A DNA stretch of 64,000 nucleotides from Minisyncoccota bacterium (GTDB taxonomy: Bacteria; Patescibacteriota; Minisyncoccia; Phycocordibacterales; WO2-35-19): the NCBI GenBank assembly GCA_036517255.1, contig DATDXE010000015.1, positions 14,568-78,567 of the forward strand, given 5' to 3'. Positions 38,786 through 46,939 of this stretch are shown here, piece by piece. The notes beneath the pieces were generated by a model. That model saw only the letters and a program-made list of their open reading frames with translations, had not been told where the DNA came from and searched no databases. The position numbers were made by a program, and so were the translations under genes. Each line of letters starts with the position of its first letter. The stretch's first letter is position 1.

Positions 38786-39163
38786 TTATATCACCTCCGG
38801 AGCCATGGAAACAATAGCCTGGTGGCCGGCTTCGGCTATTTCACGAGGGATAGGACCAAAAATACGGTTGGCTCTAGGAACAAGCTCACCCTTCTTTTTA
38901 TCGACGATGATAACAGCGTTCTCGTCAAAGCGAATATACGAACCATCCTTACGACGAAGCGGAGCTTTTTGACGCACTACTAGAGCGGTGAGCACCGCCT
39001 TCTTCTTTATTTCTTTTCTTGGTTCAGCTTTCTGCACCGAGAGAATAACTAGTTCACCAATACCAGCGTATCTTTTCTTGGCGCTACCAAGCACTTTGAA
39101 TATGCGCCCGATTTTAGCTCCAGAGTTGTCAGCTATTTTTACTATTGATCGTGGTTGAATCAT
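38786..39163 (-). CDS. rplN: 50S ribosomal protein L14
   Basis: MIQPRSIVKIADNSGAK. Confidence 0.85.
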   Translation of the reverse strand: MIQPRSIVKIADNSGAKIGRIFKVLGSAKKRYAGIGELVILSVQKAEPRKEIKKKAVLTALVVRQKAPLRRKDGSYIRFDENAVIIVDKKKGELVPRANRIFGPIPREIAEAGHQAIVSMAPEVI

Positions 39164-39204
39164 GGTAGTTAATTTAAAGATGAAAAGAAGGAAAAATGGA
39201 AAGA

Positions 39205-39465
39205 TTAAATTACGGTGAAATGCTTGTCTTTAGAAATAGGTTTGGTTTCTTTTATATCGACTTTATCACCTATTTTTTTTGTATTGCCTGCATCGTGAGC
39301 CTTAAATTTTTTAGCTACCTTGTGATATTTCTTATATTTTTCATGCTTCACAAAACGAGTAACTTCGACGACGATAGTATCCTTCATTTTGTCGGAAACG
39401 ACAACACCAGAGAAAATTCTGCCTCCTTTTTTTATGATATTCTGTTTTGTTTCTGTACTATTCAT
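39205..39465 (-). CDS. rpsQ: 30S ribosomal protein S17
   Basis: GVVVSDKMKDTIVVEV. Confidence 0.8.
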   Translation of the reverse strand: MNSTETKQNIIKKGGRIFSGVVVSDKMKDTIVVEVTRFVKHEKYKKYHKVAKKFKAHDAGNTKKIGDKVDIKETKPISKDKHFTVI

Positions 39466-39469
39466 ATCT

Positions 39470-39667
39470 TTATTTCTTGCTTCTTAACTCTGTTTTTACT
39501 CGAGCGATATCTCTTTTTAAACCTCTGCCCTCTTTGATATTCCTCGACTTACTACCAGCCAAACCAAACCTAAAATCACGTAGAGCCACCTTTTTTTGAG
39601 CAAGCAGGTCATTAAGCTCCGTCGCGCTTTTTCCTTTGATATTCTTCTTTATATCCTTAGTCTTCAT
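39470..39667 (-). CDS. rpmC: 50S ribosomal protein L29
   Basis: Position and sequence pattern ELNDLLAQKKVALRDFRF. Confidence 0.75.
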   Translation of the reverse strand: MKTKDIKKNIKGKSATELNDLLAQKKVALRDFRFGLAGSKSRNIKEGRGLKRDIARVKTELRSKK

Positions 39668-39677
39668 TAAAGTAAAG

Positions 39678-40097
39678 TTACACTCGTTCTACTATCTTCC
39701 CTTTCACTGGTAATTTAGTGCCCGCCTTACGCAAAGCCTCTCGAGCCACAGCGGGAGTGACGCCGTCGACTTCAAAAAGAACTTGGCCGGGCTTTACTCT
39801 GGTGTGATAGCCCTCTATCTCTCCCTTGCCCTTACCCATTTTTACTTCCGCCGGCTTTTTAGTAAAAGGCATATCAGGAAAAAGCCTGACCCACATTCGA
39901 CCAGTTTTACCTAGAGTTCTTGAAATTACTTTTCTAGCTGATTCGATTTGATTCGAAGTAACACGACCCGCCGCTATAGATTTGAAACCATGCGACCCGA
40001 AAGAGACATTTAAGTTGCGACTAGCCACTCCGATTTTATCCGGATGTTCCCTGAAAGTATGCCACTTCCTATATTTAACTTTCTTTGGAAAAAGCAT
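39678..40097 (-). CDS. rplP: 50S ribosomal protein L16
   Basis: MLFPKKVKYRKWH. Confidence 0.85.
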   Translation of the reverse strand: MLFPKKVKYRKWHTFREHPDKIGVASRNLNVSFGSHGFKSIAAGRVTSNQIESARKVISRTLGKTGRMWVRLFPDMPFTKKPAEVKMGKGKGEIEGYHTRVKPGQVLFEVDGVTPAVAREALRKAGTKLPVKGKIVERV

Positions 40098-40102
40098 GAT
40101 AA

Positions 40103-40768
40103 TTATTTTTTATCCTTATTAAAAATCTCCCCCTTATATATCCATACTTTTATACCTATTTTTCCGAGGGGCAAAAGAGCTTCATAAAATGCGTAGTCGA
40201 TATCAGCTCTAAAAGTTTGTAGAGGAATGCGCCCAAGTTTTTTTGATTCAACTCTAGCCATATTTGAGCCACCCATGATACCGGAAAGAGTTATTTTTAT
40301 TCCTTGAACATCACGGTTGGCAAAAGCTTTTTCAGCCATCTGCTTCATTACTCTACGGAAAGGCATTCTCTTTTCCAAGCTTTCAGTTATCATCTGCGCC
40401 ACGATCATGGCATTCGACTCAGGGGACTTCACTTCTTTTATATCTATCTTCATTTCTTGCTTAGAAGAAATTTTTCTCCTAGTCATAAACTTCACTACTT
40501 CGGCCCGAAGTTTTTCCATACCTTCACCTTGCCTACCGATGATCATGCCCGGCCGACTTGTTTCGATGATAAGGCGAAATATTTTTTCACTTCTCTCGAT
40601 TTCAATTGAGCTTACAAAAAAGCCTCTCATACGCTTTTTCAAAAATTCCACTATCAAAACATCGGCCCGAAGATTTTCCTTAAATTTATCTTTCGCTCCA
40701 AACCAGCGACTTTTCCAGTCTCTGGTGATGCCTAGCCTATGTGAATATGGGTGTACAGTGTGGGACAT
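40103..40768 (-). CDS. rpsC: 30S ribosomal protein S3
   Basis: KH domain; GHPYSHRLGI N-terminus. Confidence 0.85.
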   Translation of the reverse strand: MSHTVHPYSHRLGITRDWKSRWFGAKDKFKENLRADVLIVEFLKKRMRGFFVSSIEIERSEKIFRLIIETSRPGMIIGRQGEGMEKLRAEVVKFMTRRKISSKQEMKIDIKEVKSPESNAMIVAQMITESLEKRMPFRRVMKQMAEKAFANRDVQGIKITLSGIMGGSNMARVESKKLGRIPLQTFRADIDYAFYEALLPLGKIGIKVWIYKGEIFNKDKK

Positions 40769-40769
40769 A

Positions 40770-41138
40770 TTAATTTAATTTTTCCTTCTTTCCATCTTTA
40801 CTTTTTATACTTTCTCCAAGAATAATTTCGATATGGGAAGTACGCTTGCGGACAGGGTGCGCCGCACCATGAGAAACGGGTCGGCGACGATACAAAATGG
40901 CCCCGACATCGACGCTGATTGCTTTCACAACTAAATTACTTTCATTCAAACCTTTGTTTTTCGCATTGGCTATAGCTGAATCAAGAAGTTTGTGCAAAGG
41001 GCCAGTTGCTTTCTTGGTAAGAAAAGTAAGGACTTGTTTTGCTTCTACTATTTTCTTACCCCTGACAGAATCGGCAACCACACGCACCTTCCTTGGAGAT
41101 TGTCTGTAACTATTAAGTTGTGCTGTTGCTGTTTCCAT
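40770..41138 (-). CDS. rplV: 50S ribosomal protein L22
   Basis: YRQSPRKVRVVADSVRGK. Confidence 0.8.
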   Translation of the reverse strand: METATAQLNSYRQSPRKVRVVADSVRGKKIVEAKQVLTFLTKKATGPLHKLLDSAIANAKNKGLNESNLVVKAISVDVGAILYRRRPVSHGAAHPVRKRTSHIEIILGESIKSKDGKKEKLN

Positions 41139-41151
41139 TTAATTACTCGAA

Positions 41152-41493
41152 CTATTTTTTAGTTTCAGTGGTTGATTTAGCGGCTTGAGCGGCGGAAATT
41201 TCAGCTTCCTTCTTTTTAGCTTCGAGTTCTTTCTGCATTTTACCTCCATGCCTTACGAATTTGCGAGTAGGAGAAAATTCACCCAAACGATGACCTACCA
41301 TATCTTCAGAAATCAAAACTTCTACGTGAACCTTGCCATTGTGAACACCGAAAATGAAACCTACCATTTCAGGAGCGATGACGCAGGCTCGCGACCATGT
41401 TTTAATAACCCCAGTTTCTACAGGTTTCTTGCCCTCGATCTTTTTCAAGACTCGAGGATCAACATATGGGCCTTTTTTCAGTGATCGCGACAT
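41152..41493 (-). CDS. rpsS: 30S ribosomal protein S19 (with K/A/E-rich C-terminal extension)
   Basis: [11 protein letters not shown]... Confidence 0.85.
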   Translation of the reverse strand: MSRSLKKGPYVDPRVLKKIEGKKPVETGVIKTWSRACVIAPEMVGFIFGVHNGKVHVEVLISEDMVGHRLGEFSPTRKFVRHGGKMQKELEAKKKEAEISAAQAAKSTTETKK

Positions 41494-41588
41494 ACAAAAA
41501 ACGCGTGAGCGTTGTTTGGGATATTAACATAAGGTTTTGACACACGCAAACCTTAAATAGGGCAAGATGACTCTTTTTAGATTAGGGC

Positions 41589-41616
41589 TTGACATTTAGT
41601 TAAATATGAGTAGGGT
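41589..41616 (+). promoter_or_regulatory. Conserved promoter-like element TTGACA-16-TAGGGT (copy 1 of 3)
   Basis: TTGACA 41589-41594; TAGGGT 41611-41616. The shared block TATGAGTAGGGT also occurs in copy 2. Confidence 0.4.
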
Positions 41617-41672
41617 GAGCACCAGAGCCCGTCTCAATAGAAGAGGCGGGACGATCGAAGGAGAGAAAGAAA

Positions 41673-42254
41673 ATGAAAAATACGCGCTGGGCCATTCTGG
41701 CCCTGATTGCGCTGATTTCGCTCACGGTTTCGCCCGTGAGCGCCCTGCCGGTACTTAGTGTGGAGGTCGGCTTCAGCAACCTGCCGCTCGAAGGAGTTGT
41801 GGCGCCGGTGTCACCGGGAGCAACGGGCATCGATTTTTCGAGCCTGATGCAGTCGGCGCCGGGATGCGCCGGGGCCAACATGGCCCTATGCGGCATGGGA
41901 TCGGTCGTTTTCTCAAGCACCGACTTCGACAGTGGCGTCGCGTTCAGCATGATTCTGGGGCCAAGCCTCACGTATACCACAAGCGGACCGTGGAGCGCGG
42001 CCGGCGGACCGGGAGGAAGCTTCAGCATTAGCACGCTCGGGACATACACCGCTGCAGGGTATGACCCCACGGCCGGAAGCATGAACCTGACGTTTCAACC
42101 CCCGCCAGTAGCAGGCAACTATTCGTTTTCGGCAAGCGGCGCCACATCGCCGGTGCCCGAACCGAGTTCAATCATCTTGATGAGCGGCGGCCTCATCGGC
42201 TTCTACTTCATCAACCGGCGTCACCAGTTCCGGCAACACCAGCGGAAAACCTAG
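41673..42254 (+). CDS. Secreted PEP-CTERM domain protein 1 (GC-rich)
   Basis: Sec signal MKNTRWAILALIALISLTVSPVSA. C-terminus PVPEPSSIILMSGGLIGFYFINRRHQ has the PEP motif, a TM helix and an Arg cluster. A GGAG SD is present. Confidence 0.7.
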   Translation: MKNTRWAILALIALISLTVSPVSALPVLSVEVGFSNLPLEGVVAPVSPGATGIDFSSLMQSAPGCAGANMALCGMGSVVFSSTDFDSGVAFSMILGPSLTYTTSGPWSAAGGPGGSFSISTLGTYTAAGYDPTAGSMNLTFQPPPVAGNYSFSASGATSPVPEPSSIILMSGGLIGFYFINRRHQFRQHQRKT

Positions 42255-42283
42255 CGACTTGCGGCAACGCCGGTCGCACAACC

Positions 42284-42318
42284 ATCGGCCCCGAGCAATC
42301 GGGGCTGATTTCTTTTAT
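42284..42318 (+). terminator. Hairpin (GNRA loop GCAA) plus T-tract; near-identical to the one after the second PEP-CTERM gene
   Basis: GCCCCGA-GCAA-TCGGGGC, then TGATTTCTTTT. Confidence 0.5.
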
Positions 42319-42341
42319 AAAAATAAAACTGTTTATAACGT

Positions 42342-42369
42342 TTGACATTGAAGCAAATGTGAGTAGGGT
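42342..42369 (+). promoter_or_regulatory. Conserved promoter-like element TTGACA-16-TAGGGT (copy 2)
   Basis: TTGACATT...TGTGAGTAGGGTAAG. Confidence 0.4.
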
Positions 42370-42432
42370 AAGTTTCAGAGTCGGGCCAATTTATAGGATC
42401 CGACCAAGAACCAAGCAAGGAGAGAGTTAACG

Positions 42433-43077
42433 ATGAAGAAAAATGTTTGTTGGGCCATTCTGGCCCTGATTGCGCTGATCACGCTCACGGTTTCGCCCGT
42501 GAGCGCAACAACGGTGATCGATTTCACCAGCCCAATTTACTCCGGAGCCACCGGAAACACGACCTTCGCCGTCGTCGATCAGGGGATTTTCAACAACCTG
42601 ACGGCAAGCGGCGGGGTCCTGAACTGGACACCCGGGGGCGGACTCGGAATCAACGGGCCAACTTCGCTCGACGATCCGAGCGAAATCGGACTCCTGGAAG
42701 TGCTGGGAGATGGATTGGTTCCACCGCTCATGACCCTTTATGACATCTACCTAGGGGACATCTACACCAGCGAATTTCTGACCGGCACCGAGCAGGCGCA
42801 GTATCGCATCAACGGTGGGGCGTGGATTACCGTGAGCGCAGTCACTCCCACTTCCGGGTCGGGCCTGCTCACGATTTCAGTGAACTTGGACAACGTCTCC
42901 CAGATCGACTTCCGGGCGACGAAGTTGGGTTCCGACTTCAGCGTCCGCGGCTACAGCGCCGAAGTCGTGCCCGAGATGAGTACCATCTTCCTTTCGGGAA
43001 CTGGTCTACTCGGCCTGGGATTGTGGGCTCAGATCAACATCCGGCGCAGGCGGCAACGGGAACAGCAGAAAACCTGA
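42433..43077 (+). CDS. Secreted PEP-CTERM domain protein 2 (GC-rich)
   Basis: Signal MKKNVCWAILALIALITLTVSPVSA is nearly identical to that of protein 1. C-terminus VVPEMSTIFLSGTGLLGLGLWAQINIRRRRQ. Confidence 0.7.
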   Translation: MKKNVCWAILALIALITLTVSPVSATTVIDFTSPIYSGATGNTTFAVVDQGIFNNLTASGGVLNWTPGGGLGINGPTSLDDPSEIGLLEVLGDGLVPPLMTLYDIYLGDIYTSEFLTGTEQAQYRINGGAWITVSAVTPTSGSGLLTISVNLDNVSQIDFRATKLGSDFSVRGYSAEVVPEMSTIFLSGTGLLGLGLWAQINIRRRRQREQQKT

Positions 43078-43107
43078 ACCTTTGCGGCTTGCAAATGCCG
43101 CACAACC

Positions 43108-43141
43108 ATCAGCCCCGAGAAATCGGGGCTGATTTATTTTT
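43108..43141 (+). terminator. Hairpin (GAAA tetraloop) plus T-tract
   Basis: GCCCCGA-GAAA-TCGGGGC, then TGATTTATTTT. Confidence 0.5.
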
Positions 43142-43164
43142 AATCCGCCAGCTGGCGGAACCCC

Positions 43165-43193
43165 TTTACATTTTAAAAAGTTTATGCTAGGGT
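43165..43193 (+). promoter_or_regulatory. Conserved promoter-like element TTTACA-17-TAGGGT (copy 3)
   Basis: TTTACATT...TTATGCTAGGGTCACC. Confidence 0.35.
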
Positions 43194-43239
43194 CACCTCG
43201 GCCATGAAGTTTGTGGTACTTTGAGAATGAGGTAAAGAA

Positions 43240-43893
43240 ATGCTACATCGGAGGCTGTGCCTAGTTGTTTTGATTTTCACTTTACTGGCTGCAGCGGCGA
43301 CTGCAGGACCAATGGTCTATTTCGAAAAGGAAGAGTGGAAGGAAGCGCTAGGGAACAACGCCTCCTATGTGAGCGATAGCCTCAAGGGCGGCCCAAGCGA
43401 GATCTTCGATCTCGAGAGCGGCTGGGAGCTCTCCGGCTATAAGGAGAACGGTTTTTACGACCAGGTGTCGATCAAGAAAGACAACGAGAGTAGCTACTCG
43501 TTGCTCTCCGGAGCTCCTATGTACGCCTGGGGAGCGAATTTCGACACGGCGCCCATGGATCAGGGCAACGGCTTCTGCTTTTCCTTCCAGTACGTCGGAG
43601 GAAGCAGTGATTCGGCCGAATGCTTCAACCGCGATCCCTTTATCCAAGGGTTCGTCGGATTCGTGTTCAGTACCGGAGTCGAGAGCATCGTGCTCCAGAC
43701 TAGTACTGGACCTCACTCCCCGCTCCAGGAAACGTACCTGGTATGGGATATGATCGCAGTGACGAGCATGGGAGGTGGAGGAGGAGGCCCCGGCCCACCA
43801 TCTCCAAGCGAGGTACCGGAACCAGGAAGTCTCGGCCTAATCGGCCTGGGACTGGTTTATTTCGGAATCATGACCCGTCGGAGACAGGAATAA
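43240..43893 (+). CDS. Secreted PEP-CTERM domain protein 3 (GC-rich; Gly/Pro linker)
   Basis: Signal peptide; GGGGGGPGPPSPSE linker; C-terminus VPEPGSLGLIGLGLVYFGIMTRRRQE. Confidence 0.7.
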   Translation: MLHRRLCLVVLIFTLLAAAATAGPMVYFEKEEWKEALGNNASYVSDSLKGGPSEIFDLESGWELSGYKENGFYDQVSIKKDNESSYSLLSGAPMYAWGANFDTAPMDQGNGFCFSFQYVGGSSDSAECFNRDPFIQGFVGFVFSTGVESIVLQTSTGPHSPLQETYLVWDMIAVTSMGGGGGGPGPPSPSEVPEPGSLGLIGLGLVYFGIMTRRRQE

Positions 43894-43918
43894 CGAGTAC
43901 CTTGCGGCAACGCCGCGA

Positions 43919-43955
43919 CGGCCCCCCACCAGTTTGGTAGGGGGCCGTTATATAT
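43919..43955. terminator. Strong GC hairpin between convergent PEP-CTERM gene 3 and rplB
   Basis: CGGCCCCCCACC-AGTTT-GGTAGGGGGCCG. A/T-rich on the plus side. Confidence 0.5.
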
Positions 43956-43969
43956 TATGATTTTATTAT

Positions 43970-44824
43970 TTAGCCTTTCCTCTGCTTACCTACTTTCCTA
44001 CGAGACACAATAAATTTATTTGAATATTTTTTGACTCGGCGTGATTTTTGGCCTTTGCCAGTCGGTTTGCCCCACATAGAAACAGCTCGCCTGCGGCCCC
44101 TACCTTGACGGCCTTCACCTCCTCCGTGTGGGTGATCCACAGGGTTCATAGCGGTACCACGAACAGTAGGTCTAATGCCCTTCCACCTACTCCTACCTGC
44201 TTTACCATAATTTTCCAACCTTTTTTCTTCATTAGAAACTTCACCGACTGACGCCCAAGCATTTTCACTTACTTTTCGCACTTCAGTCGAAGGCATTTTC
44301 AAATCCACCATCCCCGCATCCTTAGCTAAAACTTGTATAAACACTCCAGCAGAACGACCCAGCTTCGCTCCACTCTTCGGTTTAATTTCTGCATTGTAAA
44401 CAAAAGTACCAATAGGGATATTCTTGAGTTGTAAACGATTTCCTTGTTTCAGTGGAGCGCCTTCTGCAGTTACAAGCTCTTCCCCCACCTTCACTCCTCG
44501 AGGCAATAATACATATCGCTTTTCACCATCTTTATACACGGCGAGGCCGATAAGACCGGTGCGATTTGGATCGTATTCGACAGAAGCTATCTTATAAGGC
44601 ACTCCGATTTTGTCATACTTAAAATCAATCTCTCGCCAAAGCCTTTTTACTCCTGCTCCTTTATGTCTAGTCGTGACTCGACCAAAAGCATTGCGACCAA
44701 CCTTTCTGTGATGACCAGAAGTAAGCGATTTTTCTGGATTGCTTGTAGTGGTAACACCCTTATAGGCGACAACGCTCATGTGCCTGCGTGATTTCGATGT
44801 TGGTTTGTAAGTTTTTATTGCCAT
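43970..44824 (-). CDS. rplB: 50S ribosomal protein L2
   Basis: TRHKGAGVKR...NPVDHPHGGGEG. Confidence 0.85.
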   Translation of the reverse strand: MAIKTYKPTSKSRRHMSVVAYKGVTTTSNPEKSLTSGHHRKVGRNAFGRVTTRHKGAGVKRLWREIDFKYDKIGVPYKIASVEYDPNRTGLIGLAVYKDGEKRYVLLPRGVKVGEELVTAEGAPLKQGNRLQLKNIPIGTFVYNAEIKPKSGAKLGRSAGVFIQVLAKDAGMVDLKMPSTEVRKVSENAWASVGEVSNEEKRLENYGKAGRSRWKGIRPTVRGTAMNPVDHPHGGGEGRQGRGRRRAVSMWGKPTGKGQKSRRVKKYSNKFIVSRRKVGKQRKG

Positions 44825-44825
44825 T

Positions 44826-45113
44826 TTATTCTATTTTATCGCCCTTTTTAAGATAGACGTAAGCTTTTTTTACTCCAGATTTTACTCCTCGCTTTCCTCT
44901 CACCACCACATTTTTAGATGGGTTTAATACTATTCTTACTTTGATCGGAGTAACATCAAAATATGCTTTGATCGCTTTGGCTACAGATATTTTGTTAGCC
45001 TCAGGAGCTATTTCAAAAACATAAACTCCTTTTTCCGAAAGAGCAGTCGCCTTCTCTGTAATCCTAGGGCGCAAAATGACATTCGAGTATTTTGTTTTAA
45101 GATCGGTTGCCAT
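44826..45113 (-). CDS. rplW: 50S ribosomal protein L23
   Basis: Position plus YVFEIAPEANKISVAKAIKAYFDV. Confidence 0.75.
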   Translation of the reverse strand: MATDLKTKYSNVILRPRITEKATALSEKGVYVFEIAPEANKISVAKAIKAYFDVTPIKVRIVLNPSKNVVVRGKRGVKSGVKKAYVYLKKGDKIE

Positions 45114-45114
45114 G

Positions 45115-45777
45115 TTATTTGGAAAGTTTAGCGGAAAGAAGACCTAATGATTTCTCAGGATTTTCTACTATTAAATACTTATATTTCAAAATATCGAGAG
45201 GGTTAAGATTCCTCACTTCCCCTACTTCCAAATTACCAAAATTTTGAAAACTCTTCAGTGTAGGAATTTTCTTATTTTCGAGGGCGAGATAGGCGGCGTT
45301 CCTATTGCGAGTAAGCCCGCCAAAACCTTTTATTTTTGAAAGAGAAGATATTATTGTTTTTGCTTCTCTAGTTTTTGGCCCTGGCACGATAAGAGAGTCG
45401 ACAAAAAGTATTTCCCCTTCTTTATTTTTTCTCGAAAGAATAGTGAACAGGGCTTTGACCTTCATCTTTTTGTTTACCTTTCTGGAGTAATCCTTCTCAT
45501 TCCTTGGGCCGTGAGTGACTCCTCCTCCTACCCATAAAGGAGAACGGCGCGAACCATGCCTGGCTCTACCAGTACCTTTTTGTTTCCAAGGCTTCTTGCC
45601 AGTACCAGCCACTTCGCCACGATTTTTAGTATGAGCTACAGGAGTACGGAGGTTACCCATCATGGAAACAGCAACCTGATGCACAAGAGTTTCATTCCAC
45701 TTCAAACCAAAAACGTCCCCAGGAAGTTTGATTGTTCCCACTTCTTTTCCTGTTTGATTGTAAATTTTTGAATCCAT
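45115..45777 (-). CDS. rplD: 50S ribosomal protein L4
   Basis: RTPVAHTKNRGEVAGTGKKPWKQKGTGRAR. Confidence 0.8.
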   Translation of the reverse strand: MDSKIYNQTGKEVGTIKLPGDVFGLKWNETLVHQVAVSMMGNLRTPVAHTKNRGEVAGTGKKPWKQKGTGRARHGSRRSPLWVGGGVTHGPRNEKDYSRKVNKKMKVKALFTILSRKNKEGEILFVDSLIVPGPKTREAKTIISSLSKIKGFGGLTRNRNAAYLALENKKIPTLKSFQNFGNLEVGEVRNLNPLDILKYKYLIVENPEKSLGLLSAKLSK

Positions 45778-45781
45778 ATTC

Positions 45782-46417
45782 TTAATTCATACTCCTTAAT
45801 TCTACTAAAGTTCCCTTCCTGCCTGGGACTGCACCAGAAACTAAAATAGTATTATTTCCAGGATCGACAGCTACAATTTTCAACCCTTTTATAGTTATCC
45901 TGTCGCCACCCATTCTGCCGGCCATTCTCATACCCTTAGCCACACGACCTCCATCTCTGCCACCACCACCAATAGAGCCTGGTTCTCTTTCAGAATGCTT
46001 CTGGCCATGACTCCTCGGGCCTCCATGGAAGCCGTGCCTTTTCACCACCCCTTGAAAACCTTTTCCCTTAGAAATAGAGCTGACCTGCACCTTATCCCCA
46101 ACAGAAAAAATTTCCAAACTTACTTTATCGCCCCTCTTAATCTCGCCCGGGATCTCTCCTCGATACTCCCTCAAATATTCAAAACCTGTTTTCTCTGGTA
46201 ACCCCAAATCTTTTAACTGACCCAAAACTGACTTTGATATATTTTTAGCACGACGGCTACCTGTGCCTACCTGAATAGCAGTATATCCATCCTTATCGAC
46301 TGATTTTACTTGAGTGACAGTAGCCGGGGTAGCACTAAGCATAGTGACAGCCGAAACACGACCGTTTTCGTCAAACACTTGGGTCATATTCACCTTTTTG
46401 GCCAATAGAAATTTCAT
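45782..46417 (-). CDS. rplC: 50S ribosomal protein L3
   Basis: FQGVVKRHGFHGGPRSHGQ. Confidence 0.8.
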   Translation of the reverse strand: MKFLLAKKVNMTQVFDENGRVSAVTMLSATPATVTQVKSVDKDGYTAIQVGTGSRRAKNISKSVLGQLKDLGLPEKTGFEYLREYRGEIPGEIKRGDKVSLEIFSVGDKVQVSSISKGKGFQGVVKRHGFHGGPRSHGQKHSEREPGSIGGGGRDGGRVAKGMRMAGRMGGDRITIKGLKIVAVDPGNNTILVSGAVPGRKGTLVELRSMN

Positions 46418-46443
46418 AAAAAAATGCCCTCGGGCGTGACAAA

Positions 46444-46512
46444 CAGATTAACAGATTAACAATTTTAATTCAAGCCCAAATCAAAAAGCGCTCCATGGAG
46501 CGCTTTTTGATT
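46444..46512 (-). promoter_or_regulatory. Hairpin plus U-tract with adjacent direct repeat between rpsJ and rplC (possible attenuator/terminator)
   Basis: AAAAAGCGCTCCATGGAGCGCTTTTTGATTT at 46477-46507; direct repeat AGATTAACAGATTAACA at 46444-46461. Confidence 0.35.
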
Positions 46513-46535
46513 TTTGGTAATCTTTTGAAACAAAA

Positions 46536-46922
46536 TTACATTATCTTCACGTCTATATTAACACCGGAAGGCAAGGAGAGGTTAGTCAGGGCTTCCATTA
46601 CTTTGGGTGATGGGTTGATGACGTCGATCACTCTCTTATGCACCCTCATCTCAAACTGCTCACGAGCATTTTTGTAGACGAAGGGAGAACGATTGACAGT
46701 ATATTTCTTAATTTCAGTCGGCATAGGCATCGGACCGACTACTTTGGCATCATAGCGCAAAGCAGTGTCGATGATTTGCTTTACCGAAATATCGAGAATT
46801 TTATACTCATAAGCTCTCACCCGTATGCGCAACTTCGAAATAGCTTCCTCTTTTTTCACTCTCTTCAGAACAGGGGTTTTCTTCTTTACTGTTGTTTTCT
46901 TTTTTGAAGTTGCTTCTACCAT
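46536..46922 (-). CDS. rpsJ: 30S ribosomal protein S10 (N-terminal K/T-rich extension)
   Basis: IRVRAYEYKILDISVKQII... Confidence 0.75.
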   Translation of the reverse strand: MVEATSKKKTTVKKKTPVLKRVKKEEAISKLRIRVRAYEYKILDISVKQIIDTALRYDAKVVGPMPMPTEIKKYTVNRSPFVYKNAREQFEMRVHKRVIDVINPSPKVMEALTNLSLPSGVNIDVKIM

Positions 46923-46939
46923 TTTCTTGAAAGAAGAAA

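Noticed and set aside
41494-43240. Sigma-54 (-24 GG / -12 GC) promoters in front of PEP-CTERM genes, as described for some PEP-CTERM regulons
   Set aside because: No convincing TGGCAC-N5-TTGC match. The conserved element is TTGACA-N16-TAGGGT instead.
41600-43716. Antisense or overlapping ORFs inside the PEP-CTERM island (41600-42082, 41913-42098, 42447-42743, 42822-43190, 43348-43716)
   Set aside because: GC-rich DNA lacks stop codons on all frames. These ORFs have no SD and no coherent motifs, and they overlap well-supported PEP-CTERM genes.
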